Source: a virus
Taxonomy: Duplodnaviria > Caudoviricetes
Strand: one strand, 5' to 3'
Virus record (IMG/VR): IMGVR_UViG_3300048556_000227
Coordinates: 1-55,380 of that record
DNA: 55,380 nt
A program made the position numbers and the translations under genes. Under the pieces are notes generated by a model. That model was given only the letters and a program-made list of their open reading frames with translations. It was not told the DNA's origin and did not search any database. This document shows, in pieces, positions 7,191 to 16,576 of the stretch (positions are counted from its first letter, which is position 1; each line of letters opens with the position of its first letter).

Positions 7191-8996
7191 ATGCTAGTAA
7201 CACTAGACTTTGAGACCTATTTTGATCCCAAGGTAAGCCTCACCAAAATGACGACGATGGAGTACGTCAAGCATCCCATGTTCAAAGTGTGGGGTGTTGG
7301 TATCAAATTGGATACCAGCCCAACCGAATGGTTCGGTGAAGACGAAGTGGAAGAAGCGCTTAATGATATAGAGTGGGACAAAGCCCACCTACTCTGCCAC
7401 AACACTCCATTCGACGGCTACATTCTTACTCAACTGTACGAGTTAGTACCCGCCTACTACTTAGACACGGCAGCTATGGCCCGTGGTAGATGGCCAGGGG
7501 AAACGTCTCGACTCAAGGATGTAGCCGTCCGATGCTTCCCAGACGACCCAGACATGCGTAAAGGCGAAGAGCTAGTCACAGCGAAAGGTATCTATGACCT
7601 GCCACCGGACATAGAAGACTCGCTTGCTGGCTACTGCATACAAGACGTCGACCTGACCTATGCAATTTACAACCAGCTACTGCCTGCGTACCCACAGGTA
7701 GAGCTAGATATCATCGATCTCACATGCCGAATGTTTTGTGAGCCGAAGATGACGCTCAACCGATGCAAGCTCGAATCGTTTGTCCAATCCGAACGAGCGT
7801 ACTCGGAGCAGGCCATCGAGAAATCTGGTCTGGATCGTAAGGTCTTGGCCAGTAATCAACAGTTTTCAGCATGGGCTGAAGAGCAAGGGCTGACAGTACC
7901 AACTAAAGTCAGTCCGTCCACAGGCAACAAGATACCTGCCTTTGGTAAAAATGACGCTGCCTACCGGCAGTGGCAACAGCAGCACCCTGAATACAACCAC
8001 GTATGGCAGGGCAGAGAAGCCGTGAAGAGCAGACTCAATGAAACACGAGCACAACGTTTCATTGACTGTGCTAACGCAGGTAGTCGACTACCTGCCCCCC
8101 TTCGCTACTACGCTGCTCATACCGGTAGATTTGGAGGTACAGATAAGATCAACCTTCAGAACCTGCCTCGCAACAGCGAACTACGTAAAGCTATAGAAGC
8201 ACCGTCCGGTGGCTTCCTTTACGTAGCGGATCTATCAAACATCGAGTCTCGTATGCTGGCATGGCTTGCCGAAGAAGATGAGCTACTGCAAATGTACCGA
8301 GACGGCACCGATGTTTACTGTGATTTTGCATCCAAGGTATATGGACGCACGATCACGAAAGACGATGAAGTCGAACGCTTCGTAGGCAAGACCGCGATAC
8401 TAGGTCTAGGTTACGGCATGGGCGCTCAGAAGTTCCAAGCCACACTGAAGCAAGCCAACATAGAGATGGATTTCTTTGAAGCCAAGAATATCGTTGATGG
8501 ATATCGAACGACGTATCCTCACATCCCTGACCTATGGTACCGACTCAACGCTTTACTTATTGAGTCTTCGAACATGGGCAGGGTGCAGGATGACGATTCG
8601 TTTGGTTACGCTTACAGGTGTATCCAAGCGGCTCCCAACGCGATTCTCCTCCCGAATGGGATGTCGCTTAGGTACCCCTCTTTAACCAGCACAAAAGCTG
8701 GTTTGACTTATCAATCTATGGGCAAACCCGTCTCTACCTATGGCGGGCGCATTACCGAGAACGTTGTACAAGCACTCGCTCGCATTGTCTTATGCGATCA
8801 CATGCTGCAAATACAGCGCCGACCAGAATTTGAAGTTGTGCTGACAGTACATGACGAGGTCATTGCTCTAAGTCAGCAGGACAACCCACAAGATAAGCTA
8901 AACAGTATGATCGAGATCATGCGCCAGCCCCCTCAATGGGCCCTTGACTTACCGCTCGATGCAGAAGGCGGTTGGGACGTTAGTTACAGCAAATGA
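7191..8996 (+). CDS. polA: Family A DNA polymerase with 3'-5' exonuclease
   Basis: ExoI LDFETY, ExoII HNTPFD, ExoIII YCIQDV; TGR, NLQNLP, motif A ADLSNIESR, motif B RFVGKTAILGLGYG, motif C VHDE. Confidence 0.95.
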   Translation: MLVTLDFETYFDPKVSLTKMTTMEYVKHPMFKVWGVGIKLDTSPTEWFGEDEVEEALNDIEWDKAHLLCHNTPFDGYILTQLYELVPAYYLDTAAMARGRWPGETSRLKDVAVRCFPDDPDMRKGEELVTAKGIYDLPPDIEDSLAGYCIQDVDLTYAIYNQLLPAYPQVELDIIDLTCRMFCEPKMTLNRCKLESFVQSERAYSEQAIEKSGLDRKVLASNQQFSAWAEEQGLTVPTKVSPSTGNKIPAFGKNDAAYRQWQQQHPEYNHVWQGREAVKSRLNETRAQRFIDCANAGSRLPAPLRYYAAHTGRFGGTDKINLQNLPRNSELRKAIEAPSGGFLYVADLSNIESRMLAWLAEEDELLQMYRDGTDVYCDFASKVYGRTITKDDEVERFVGKTAILGLGYGMGAQKFQATLKQANIEMDFFEAKNIVDGYRTTYPHIPDLWYRLNALLIESSNMGRVQDDDSFGYAYRCIQAAPNAILLPNGMSLRYPSLTSTKAGLTYQSMGKPVSTYGGRITENVVQALARIVLCDHMLQIQRRPEFEVVLTVHDEVIALSQQDNPQDKLNSMIEIMRQPPQWALDLPLDAEGGWDVSYSK

Positions 8997-9172
8997 GTGG
9001 TCTTGTACTGTCAAGAAAGCTCATGGAGCAGGTACTTCTTGAAATGCAGGACGGCACTGAGGTGCTTATTACTGTCAGTCGGATAGATAAAAACCAAGTC
9101 CGTCTACATTTCGAAGCACCACAACAAGTAAAAATTACTAGGATAAAACGAAACAACATTGACCATAAATAG
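8993..9172 (+). CDS. csrA: CsrA/RsmA-like RNA-binding protein, 59 aa (not in ORF track)
   Basis: MSGLVLSRKLMEQVLLEMQDGTEVLITVSRIDKNQVRLHFEAPQQVKITRIKRNNIDHK matches the CsrA pattern LVLSRK..E....V....QVRL...AP..V.I.R; ATGA overlap with the pol stop. Confidence 0.8.
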   Translation: MSGLVLSRKLMEQVLLEMQDGTEVLITVSRIDKNQVRLHFEAPQQVKITRIKRNNIDHK

Positions 9173-9187
9173 TACTAGTTATACTAT
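9159..9187 (+). promoter_or_regulatory. sigma70-like promoter with embedded 17-bp palindrome (9170-9186)
   Basis: TTGACC-N17-TACTAT; TAGTAC-TAGTT-ATACTA overlaps the spacer and -10. Confidence 0.75.
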
Positions 9188-9213
9188 CGACAGCCGCGTT
9201 GGAGGAGAACAAT

Positions 9214-11703
9214 ATGCAGCTGAACTTTCTATCTGCCAGTAATGGCTTGCCCCTTACTAAGACTTTCAGCGCTACCGGCTCTACTCCTTACCCACTTGTT
9301 ACCCACGTCGACAGCCATACGTTCTCTGTTGACACGATCTCAGACTTCCATGACACGCTGCGCCAGCAATCACAGCTAGGTCACTGCCTACTCAAAGGTG
9401 ACCTGAAGCAGCCGCTCGTCAATGAGTCCCGCAAAGGCAAATCAAACCGCAACGCTTACACCGATCTGCTTGTCCTCGACATCGACGGCTTGCGCATACC
9501 CAATACAAAGTTCTCAACTGGCCCACTAACTACGGTTCATATCGAGCACATTGCCAACATGATTGTGTCCGCCCTGCCCGATCAGCTTAACGACGTTAGC
9601 TTTATCGCTCAGGCATCCAGTTCTTTTGGCATGAAGTCGGATCGATTCTCTCTGCACCTATTCTTTATGCTGACTGTGCCGCTACCACCTAAGACCGTGA
9701 AGTTATGGCTACAGCACGTTAATCACGCAGATACCTTATTCGAAGAACAGATCGAGCTGTCCGTCAATGGACACTCTCTCAAGTACGTGGTGGACACCAG
9801 TGTTGCTGATAACAGCAAACTGATATTCATCGCACCACCAACGTTTGCTGATAAGACTCTTGACCCGTTTCAAGATTCTGATCAACGGATCGTGTTGGTA
9901 AACAAAGGACAAGAGACCTTAGACCTTGCACCTTTGATGAGTGGCATTAGCCGAGAAGCCATGTTCAGTGTCAGTAGAGCCAAGAAGGACTCGCTGCGTG
10001 ACACGGCTGGCATGAACAGAAAGAAAGAAAAAATACAGATAGCACAAGTTAATTATCGCAACGAAGAAATACTAACCAACCCAGACAAAGTATCGATCAC
10101 AGTATCAGACGACAGTAGCTCGCCGTTCATCCGCTGTAATATCAACGGTGGTGACAGCGGTGCTTACTACTTCAACCTCGATGCTCCGACCTACATGTAC
10201 AACTTCAAAGACGAACCGATCTTTGAGATTGAGAAAGCCGATCCAGACTTCTACCTCAGCATCTTTGAGATGTTTGACGATCACATCAGTGAGTCCGGTA
10301 AGGCTTCCGTTCCTGTAGCAATCCGTGATTTCTACACAGACATCTACTACTGCGGCCTGTTTGACCCAAACATTCAACAGTTCAGTGATAACTACCCACT
10401 AACCCCGTTAGCTAAAGGATCTATCGACAGCTTCATGCTCAGTCATGGACGCCCTGTACCCGACTTCATACCCGACGCCCGAGTTATCTTCGACCCAACG
10501 CAGAAGGAAGAGGCAATACAGCTGCAGAACACGCCGTACCACATCAACATGTATCGACAAACCGACTACATGCTTAACGCAACTGAACCTGATAGGCCTT
10601 TGACCTTAGGCCAAGGGCCAAAGATCCAAGACAAGTGTCCTCTCACCTATAAGTTAATACACCACATACTGGGCAATGGTGACGAAGAGCTTGAACGCTT
10701 CCTTAATTGGCTGGCTTACATATACCAAACACGACAGAAAGCTGGCACCGCTTGGGTGCTGACAGGGGTACCAGGTACCGGTAAGGGTCTGTTCTATAGC
10801 CGCATACTTCGACCGCTGTTTGGTGAAGCGCACGTACCAATGAAGGCGCTGCAGAACATCGAAGAGCAATTCAATTTGTACATGCGCACTGCCCTCTTTC
10901 TCATTGTCGATGAGTTCCACATGAGCAGTGCTAGCCAAGGCACTATTAAGATTGCAGATAAACTCAAGAACCAGATTACTGAGAACACGACCACGATACG
11001 CGCTATGCGTAGCAACCAGACAGAAGTTAAGAACTTTACGAACTTCATATTCCTGACTAACCGGCTCGATGCCGTAAAGATCGAAGACGGAGATCGCCGG
11101 TACAACATCGCACCTCGACAAGAAACCAAGCTCGAAGTCGCTCACCCTGAAGTCATTGAGCGCATCGACGAGCTTCACAAAGAGTTACATGACTTCGCAG
11201 GCATCTTGAAAACATACGAAGTCAACACACGTCTCGTCAGAACCTGCGTCAACAACGATGCAAAAACCGAGATGCGACACGTCAGCATGTCTGTGTTCGA
11301 AGACTTCTGTCGCGCCTTGAAAGAAGGCGAGCTTGAGTTCTTCACCGACGTGTTACAGATAGAAACAACCAACGTCATGGGTAGCGGTGACGTACTACCC
11401 GCTCAACGTTTCGTTAAGAGCTGGTTAGCTAAGAGCAACGAGGAGTACATGATGATCAAAGACGAACATCTACGAGTTGTCTTCCACGCTCTGACCGAAC
11501 AGACACCACGCATCAACGCAAAAGAATTCGGCAAACGTCTTGATCGCAATGGCTTAACCAAGACACGTAAGCGTCAGTCTGGTGCAGACCGCGACGCCAA
11601 TCCAATACGCGGTATCGAAGTGAACTGGAAGATATCCGACGAAAGCCGTGACGAACTGATTGATACCTACTTCAACACCAAAGATAAACAGTTAGTCGCT
11701 TAG
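9214..11703 (+). CDS. Primase-helicase (prim-pol-like N-terminus, SF3-type ATPase)
   Basis: LVLDID and SLHLFF primase-like motifs; Walker A GVPGTGKG, Walker B LIVDE, FLTN, DRR; GGAGGAG RBS before ATG 9214. Confidence 0.85.
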   Translation: MQLNFLSASNGLPLTKTFSATGSTPYPLVTHVDSHTFSVDTISDFHDTLRQQSQLGHCLLKGDLKQPLVNESRKGKSNRNAYTDLLVLDIDGLRIPNTKFSTGPLTTVHIEHIANMIVSALPDQLNDVSFIAQASSSFGMKSDRFSLHLFFMLTVPLPPKTVKLWLQHVNHADTLFEEQIELSVNGHSLKYVVDTSVADNSKLIFIAPPTFADKTLDPFQDSDQRIVLVNKGQETLDLAPLMSGISREAMFSVSRAKKDSLRDTAGMNRKKEKIQIAQVNYRNEEILTNPDKVSITVSDDSSSPFIRCNINGGDSGAYYFNLDAPTYMYNFKDEPIFEIEKADPDFYLSIFEMFDDHISESGKASVPVAIRDFYTDIYYCGLFDPNIQQFSDNYPLTPLAKGSIDSFMLSHGRPVPDFIPDARVIFDPTQKEEAIQLQNTPYHINMYRQTDYMLNATEPDRPLTLGQGPKIQDKCPLTYKLIHHILGNGDEELERFLNWLAYIYQTRQKAGTAWVLTGVPGTGKGLFYSRILRPLFGEAHVPMKALQNIEEQFNLYMRTALFLIVDEFHMSSASQGTIKIADKLKNQITENTTTIRAMRSNQTEVKNFTNFIFLTNRLDAVKIEDGDRRYNIAPRQETKLEVAHPEVIERIDELHKELHDFAGILKTYEVNTRLVRTCVNNDAKTEMRHVSMSVFEDFCRALKEGELEFFTDVLQIETTNVMGSGDVLPAQRFVKSWLAKSNEEYMMIKDEHLRVVFHALTEQTPRINAKEFGKRLDRNGLTKTRKRQSGADRDANPIRGIEVNWKISDESRDELIDTYFNTKDKQLVA

Positions 11704-11710
11704 ACTTTTA

Positions 11711-11727
11711 TAGTAGTATTACTACTA
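11711..11727. promoter_or_regulatory. 17-bp palindromic operator-like site
   Basis: TAGTAG-TATTA-CTACTA in an intergenic gap. Confidence 0.7.
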
Positions 11728-11749
11728 CTTAACGATACATAAGAACTAT

Positions 11750-12496
11750 ATGAACCTTACCCAAGACGAAAGACCAGACCTTGAGAGCTTAACCGCTAAG
11801 CCGGACAAGCTAGGCCTGACGCCTGCGTGGTCATACTCAGCACTAAAAGTATTCGAAGAGTGCCCTTATCGCACATACATCAGCCGCGTTAAGAAAGTAC
11901 GAGAGCCATCAAGCCCCGCTGCAGACCGTGGTACAGCCATTCACCAAGAAGCTGAAGACTATGTCTGCGGCAAGTTAGGTGAAATGCCAGACTCGCTGAA
12001 GAAGTTTGAAGACGACTTCGAACAATTACGTGCGATGTACGCCGACGCCAAGGTCGAACTAGAAGGTGAATGGGGCTTCGATCTTGACTGGCAACCCGTC
12101 GGTTGGATGGAACCTAAGACGTGGGCACGCATCAAGCTCGATGCTCTCGTCAATGAAGACGAGCAATCTTGCCGCGTCATCGACTACAAGACCGGCAAGA
12201 AATGGGGCAACGAGATAACGCACGGACAGCAGTGCTTGTTGTACGCCATCGGCACCTTCTTCCGTTACCCGCACATCGAGTTCGCACAAACCGAACTGTG
12301 GTATCTCGACAAAGGCGAAAAAACAATCAAGCAGTTCACCCGTGCAGAGGCAATGGAGTTCGCTCCGGGCTTCTACAAACGCGCTGTCGCTATGACGACG
12401 TGTACGGATTACGAACCCAAGCCCAGTAAGAACAATTGTAAGTGGTGCTCGTACAAGAAAGGCGAGCCACCTGAGTGTTATTGGGGCGTTAGCTAG
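11750..12496 (+). CDS. PD-(D/E)XK (RecB/Cas4-like) exonuclease
   Basis: WSYS..FEECP, GTAIH, KLDAL, IDYKTGK, Q...YA, C-terminal CKWC...C. Confidence 0.88.
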   Translation: MNLTQDERPDLESLTAKPDKLGLTPAWSYSALKVFEECPYRTYISRVKKVREPSSPAADRGTAIHQEAEDYVCGKLGEMPDSLKKFEDDFEQLRAMYADAKVELEGEWGFDLDWQPVGWMEPKTWARIKLDALVNEDEQSCRVIDYKTGKKWGNEITHGQQCLLYAIGTFFRYPHIEFAQTELWYLDKGEKTIKQFTRAEAMEFAPGFYKRAVAMTTCTDYEPKPSKNNCKWCSYKKGEPPECYWGVS

Positions 12497-12588
12497 ACCG
12501 ATCATGCAGCCCTAGCCAGCACCCTCCTCCTCCGGTGTCTGGGCCCCCTTCCCGCCCTACGGCTAGGGCTGCATCCCAAGGAGTGTTT

Positions 12589-12831
12589 ATGGAAATGTTT
12601 TATTGCGAAGGCAACGCAGTCATCCAGTACTCGTTGAAGACCGACCCACCAGAAGCAATGTATTGGTCAACGTACCGACTCAAGAAATCTCACATCGTTA
12701 TCCATAACCGTATGGATCGATCTGAAAAAGCCGCTTGGCGTACAAAAATACTGAAGAGCATTACTTATGACGAAGCAGTTCCTCGCAGCAATACGAGCAC
12801 AGGAAACAGTTCAAAAGTTGAACTGGGTTAA
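12589..12831 (+). CDS. Hypothetical protein
   Basis: AAGGAG RBS before ATG 12589 in the frame of track ORF 12535..12831. Confidence 0.6.
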   Translation: MEMFYCEGNAVIQYSLKTDPPEAMYWSTYRLKKSHIVIHNRMDRSEKAAWRTKILKSITYDEAVPRSNTSTGNSSKVELG

Positions 12832-13018
12832 ACCCACCTCGTTTTTCTGGGACACGGGTAAACCTAGAAGCCCGTCATTGACCATTGAACAAAAAATCAA
12901 GATCTATGACCTACGAGATCAAGGTCTTGGCTACAGAGACATAGCCGCCAAGCTAGGCCACTCCTACTACATGGTTTACAACACGATTTACCGCCGTGAA
13001 CACGGTGAAAAACTATGA
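12767..13018 (+). CDS. HTH DNA-binding protein
   Basis: LRDQGLGYRDIAAKLGHSYYMVYN HTH pattern. Confidence 0.75.
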   Translation: MTKQFLAAIRAQETVQKLNWVKPTSFFWDTGKPRSPSLTIEQKIKIYDLRDQGLGYRDIAAKLGHSYYMVYNTIYRREHGEKL

Positions 13019-13197
13019 CTCGGTTCACAGATGTTCAAGGTGCAGTCGAAGAAGCCCACTTCATACAAGACAAGCTGAAAGAAACAGCGCTAATAACGAT
13101 GGATAAACAGGGCAACTTGTACGTCATAACGCGTAACCAATACGAATCAGCAGAGCACAACACAAATACAGTGTTGGAAATTTGCAATAACGATTAG
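13015..13197 (+). CDS. Hypothetical protein
   Basis: ATGA overlap with the upstream gene. Confidence 0.65.
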   Translation: MTRFTDVQGAVEEAHFIQDKLKETALITMDKQGNLYVITRNQYESAEHNTNTVLEICNND

Positions 13198-13348
13198 GGG
13201 TAACGAGCTGCAAGGTGCGTGCTGGCATCAGGCAGTGTCAGGTTGGATTCCTGACCTCCGAAATGTGAAATAGGTTAGATGAAGCGGCTCACCCCGTTGG
13301 AAATCATGGGCTCAATCTGATCAACCAGCACAATCTTCTTGAATAAAT

Positions 13349-13365
13349 TAGTACAACATGTACTA
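13349..13365. promoter_or_regulatory. 17-bp palindrome inside a probable promoter
   Basis: TAGTAC-AACAT-GTACTA; TTGAAT(13339)-N16-TACTAT. Confidence 0.7.
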
Positions 13366-13392
13366 TTTACAGCCAATTAAGAATCAATAAAT

Positions 13393-14745
13393 ATGAAACC
13401 ATTCAAACACCAATCAACAACAACTGATTTCATCGTCGACAAAAAGCAATGCCTAATCACATCAGATCCAGGCACCGGCAAGACCCGTAGCGTTATCGAC
13501 GCCTACGTCAAGTTGCCAGCAGACAGACGTAAGATGCTCGTTATCGCCCCGCTTTCGATACTGCAAGCGTCATGGGGTGACGACATCGACAAGTTCCAGC
13601 CCGAACTTACGTACGAAATTGCGTACGCCAAGAACAGAGCCAAAGCCTTTCAAAGCCACGCAGACGTCATCTTGACAAATCATGATGCGGTTAAGTGGCT
13701 GCTCAAAAACATCAGCGTCTTAAAACAGTTCAATACCATCTGCATCGATGAGTTCACTGCGTTCAAGAACAAAGACAGCCAACGTAGTAAGGCGATGGCC
13801 AAGATCATCGACTGGTTTGACTACCGTGTGGCGATGTCAGGCACACCCAACAGCAACACCATCCTCGATATCTGGCACCCCACCTACCTTATCGACGGTG
13901 GCGAGCGATTGGGGCGTAGGTTCTACGGCTTTCGTAACTCTGTTTGCACTAGCCGTTTCAATGGATTCGCTAATGAGTGGATAGATCGTGACGATGCAGA
14001 GCAGATCGTTGCGTCCCAATTGCACGACATCAACATTCGATTCGCGCTCGAAGAGTGCATCGATATGCCGGAGCAAACAGTCTCAACCAAGCTGACACGC
14101 CTGCCTAAAGACATCATGAATCAGTACCTTGTGCTTGCCGAAGACTCTGTCTTGCACACCGCGCAAGGCACGATCAACGCAGTACACGCTGGGGCCAAGG
14201 TTAAGAAGCTACTACAGCTGTGTACCGGTGCTATGTATGACAACGAAGGCAGTGTTATCGGCGTACATAACGACCGCTATGACCTTGTCCTACAGCTTGT
14301 AGAGCAGCGTGCTCACAGTCTTGTTGCTTTCAACTGGTCACATGAGAAGGCTCACCTTGTAGAGCAGTGCGAGAAACGTGGCATCAGCTACGGCGTTATC
14401 GACGGCACTACACCGCCACACAAACGCAACGACATCGTCGACCGTATGCAAGCAGGACAGCTGCAAGTTGTCTTCTGTCACCCACAGTCTGCAGGTCATG
14501 GGCTCACCATGACAACAGCAACCACCGTGATCTGGGCGTCTCCAACCTACAACGCCGAGCACTACCAACAGTTTAACCGCCGTATCTATCGCGCAGGGCA
14601 GACCAAACGAACTGAGGTCATACGCATTGCCGCAGAGGGTACGTGGGAAACCGATGTGTTCGACAAGCTAGAAGGCAAGTTGGCCCGTATGGAAGACCTG
14701 CTCACAACACTCAACAACCTAAACAATCTAAGGAAATCAGCATGA
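13393..14745 (+). CDS. SNF2-like superfamily 2 helicase
   Basis: DPGTGKT, IDEF, SGTP, HPQSAGHGLTM, QFNRRIYRAGQ. Confidence 0.92.
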   Translation: MKPFKHQSTTTDFIVDKKQCLITSDPGTGKTRSVIDAYVKLPADRRKMLVIAPLSILQASWGDDIDKFQPELTYEIAYAKNRAKAFQSHADVILTNHDAVKWLLKNISVLKQFNTICIDEFTAFKNKDSQRSKAMAKIIDWFDYRVAMSGTPNSNTILDIWHPTYLIDGGERLGRRFYGFRNSVCTSRFNGFANEWIDRDDAEQIVASQLHDINIRFALEECIDMPEQTVSTKLTRLPKDIMNQYLVLAEDSVLHTAQGTINAVHAGAKVKKLLQLCTGAMYDNEGSVIGVHNDRYDLVLQLVEQRAHSLVAFNWSHEKAHLVEQCEKRGISYGVIDGTTPPHKRNDIVDRMQAGQLQVVFCHPQSAGHGLTMTTATTVIWASPTYNAEHYQQFNRRIYRAGQTKRTEVIRIAAEGTWETDVFDKLEGKLARMEDLLTTLNNLNNLRKSA

Positions 14746-15077
14746 AGCTAATCACCAAAGAAATTGAATCGAAACTGCGCGAGAACGAATCGTTGCCTGA
14801 AGAGCTACGTATGCCGCACCTCAAGCTATTCAACCCAGTTGGATCAGGCACTTGGCTCGTCTCCGAGATCGAGTCCGGCAGCGTAGAAGACGGCACCGCA
14901 ATACTGTTCGGTCTTGCTCATGTCCATGAGCCTGAGATGGGCAGCTTCTCATTAGCTGAACTCACCTCACTGCACTTGCCACTCGGCCTGTCCATTGAAC
15001 GCGACCGAACTTGGCGGCCGACTAAAACACTTATCGAGTATGCACAAGACGCTCGCTCACAGGGGTACCTCCAATGA
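14742..15077 (+). CDS. DUF2958-like protein
   Basis: KLFNP.G.GTWLVSE...LFGL...EPEMGSFSLAEL...GLSIERD; ATGA overlap. Confidence 0.75.
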   Translation: MKLITKEIESKLRENESLPEELRMPHLKLFNPVGSGTWLVSEIESGSVEDGTAILFGLAHVHEPEMGSFSLAELTSLHLPLGLSIERDRTWRPTKTLIEYAQDARSQGYLQ

Positions 15078-15436
15078 ATTCAGACGAACTCATAACAGAA
15101 CTCAAGAAAACCAAGGATCAAATCAAAGACCTCAACAACGAGGTAAAAGAACTCAAGGGACGGGAAGATGAACTCGCCCGTTCCCTGATGACAGAGATGG
15201 ATAAAACAGGTCTAAAGCGTATGGCTAACGACCTTGCAACCGTCTCTGTCGCAACTGAAATTGTACCTGACCCTACGGACTGGGATTTGTTTTACCAGTA
15301 CATCAAGGACACAGGTCAATTTGAGTTACTCCATAAACGCATATCTTTGCCAGCTTTTCGTGAGCTGCTTCAGTCACAGGAAGTGCCTGGAATACAAAGC
15401 CGTGAGCTTATGAAACTTAACTTTAGAACTACTTAA
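15074..15436 (+). CDS. Phage replication-module coiled-coil protein
   Basis: N-terminal coiled coil, DWD.FY.YI...G.FELLHKR...VPGI. Confidence 0.75.
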   Translation: MNSDELITELKKTKDQIKDLNNEVKELKGREDELARSLMTEMDKTGLKRMANDLATVSVATEIVPDPTDWDLFYQYIKDTGQFELLHKRISLPAFRELLQSQEVPGIQSRELMKLNFRTT

Positions 15437-15463
15437 TTAACAATTACCAATAAGGATCTAACT

Positions 15464-16129
15464 ATGGCGAATCAAGCCTTAGCCCTCGTCGACAGTTCAG
15501 AACTACCTGCTCACCTCAATATGGAGAGCAGCCGTGGCAACGAGAATGTCGGTGCAAACATCACTATCCCTCGCATCAAGCAGCTGCAGAAGATGTCAAA
15601 CGAGTGTGACAAGCACCACCCAGCACACATCAAGGGCGCTGAGCCCGGCATGTTCTGCAACACTGGTACTGGCGAACTCTACGGTGAAGAGATCTACGCG
15701 ATCTCAATCAACTTCACCACGGCGTTCAAAGTCTGGCGTGCCATCGAGGCTGGTGGTGGCATCGTAGGCGAGTTCCCTACTCAAGCTGAAGCGGAAGCTG
15801 CTATCGACGCAGCCGAAGGCGACAACGGCAACTACACGGCTAACGAGACGCACACGCACTTGTTGATCCTCAAGGATCCCAAGACCGGTGAGCTGTCATC
15901 CCCTGCTCTGATGGACTTCGCTGTATCTAAACTGACGGTATCCAAGCGTTGGAATACAGCAATCCAGATGAAGGGTGGTGATCGTTTCGCTGCACTGTGG
16001 AAACTAAGCACTGTGTCAGTCACATCGAAAGCAGGTAACCAGTACCTGAATATCGATATCGACGCACTGGGTTGGGCACAGAAGGCTGACTACGACGTAG
16101 CAGCTTCACTGTACGAAGCTCACGCCTAG
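15464..16129 (+). CDS. Putative single-stranded DNA-binding protein
   Basis: Position in the replication module and PRIKQLQKMS motif; function inferred. Confidence 0.55.
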   Translation: MANQALALVDSSELPAHLNMESSRGNENVGANITIPRIKQLQKMSNECDKHHPAHIKGAEPGMFCNTGTGELYGEEIYAISINFTTAFKVWRAIEAGGGIVGEFPTQAEAEAAIDAAEGDNGNYTANETHTHLLILKDPKTGELSSPALMDFAVSKLTVSKRWNTAIQMKGGDRFAALWKLSTVSVTSKAGNQYLNIDIDALGWAQKADYDVAASLYEAHA

Positions 16130-16135
16130 TACTGC

Positions 16136-16576
16136 ATGAACGAACACAGCTTTGTAAAAGCTGTACATCGGAAACTTCCACCTGAAGTTTACAAGTGGAA
16201 GATTCACGATACGTATACCGGCGGGGTACCAGATGCAATGTATGCTGGCCCTGCTGGTCTATTGTTCGTTGAATACAAATACCTTAAAAGCCTGCCAAAA
16301 AAACCTACCACCCCCATAAAAACGGGGCTGTCAGAACTTCAGCTCAGTTGGCTAGAACGTATGCTTCTTTACAACGTTTTAGTACTGGTTATAATCGGCT
16401 CACCGTCCGGTGCAGTAATACTAACTGCAGACTTCCGACGCACACTTACCCTGTCGAATTTTGACGCAACCCTATCTGCAAGCGAATGTGCGCAGCAGAT
16501 CGTGGAATTAGCAACTAATCATGAAAGAAGAAAACCTACCTATACCTGTCCAGAACCTACGACGGATTTGGGATAA
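16136..16576 (+). CDS. VRR-NUC/resolvase-like PD-(D/E)XK nuclease
   Basis: MNEHSF...GVPD...FVEYK...LSELQLSW. Confidence 0.75.
   Translation: MNEHSFVKAVHRKLPPEVYKWKIHDTYTGGVPDAMYAGPAGLLFVEYKYLKSLPKKPTTPIKTGLSELQLSWLERMLLYNVLVLVIIGSPSGAVILTADFRRTLTLSNFDATLSASECAQQIVELATNHERRKPTYTCPEPTTDLG

Noticed and set aside
11750-12496. CRISPR-associated Cas4
   Set aside because: Stand-alone PD-(D/E)XK nuclease in a replication module, with no array or cas1/cas2
16127-16143. Further palindrome copies at 16127 and 16380
   Set aside because: Only the TAGTAC half-site matches; the second half does not
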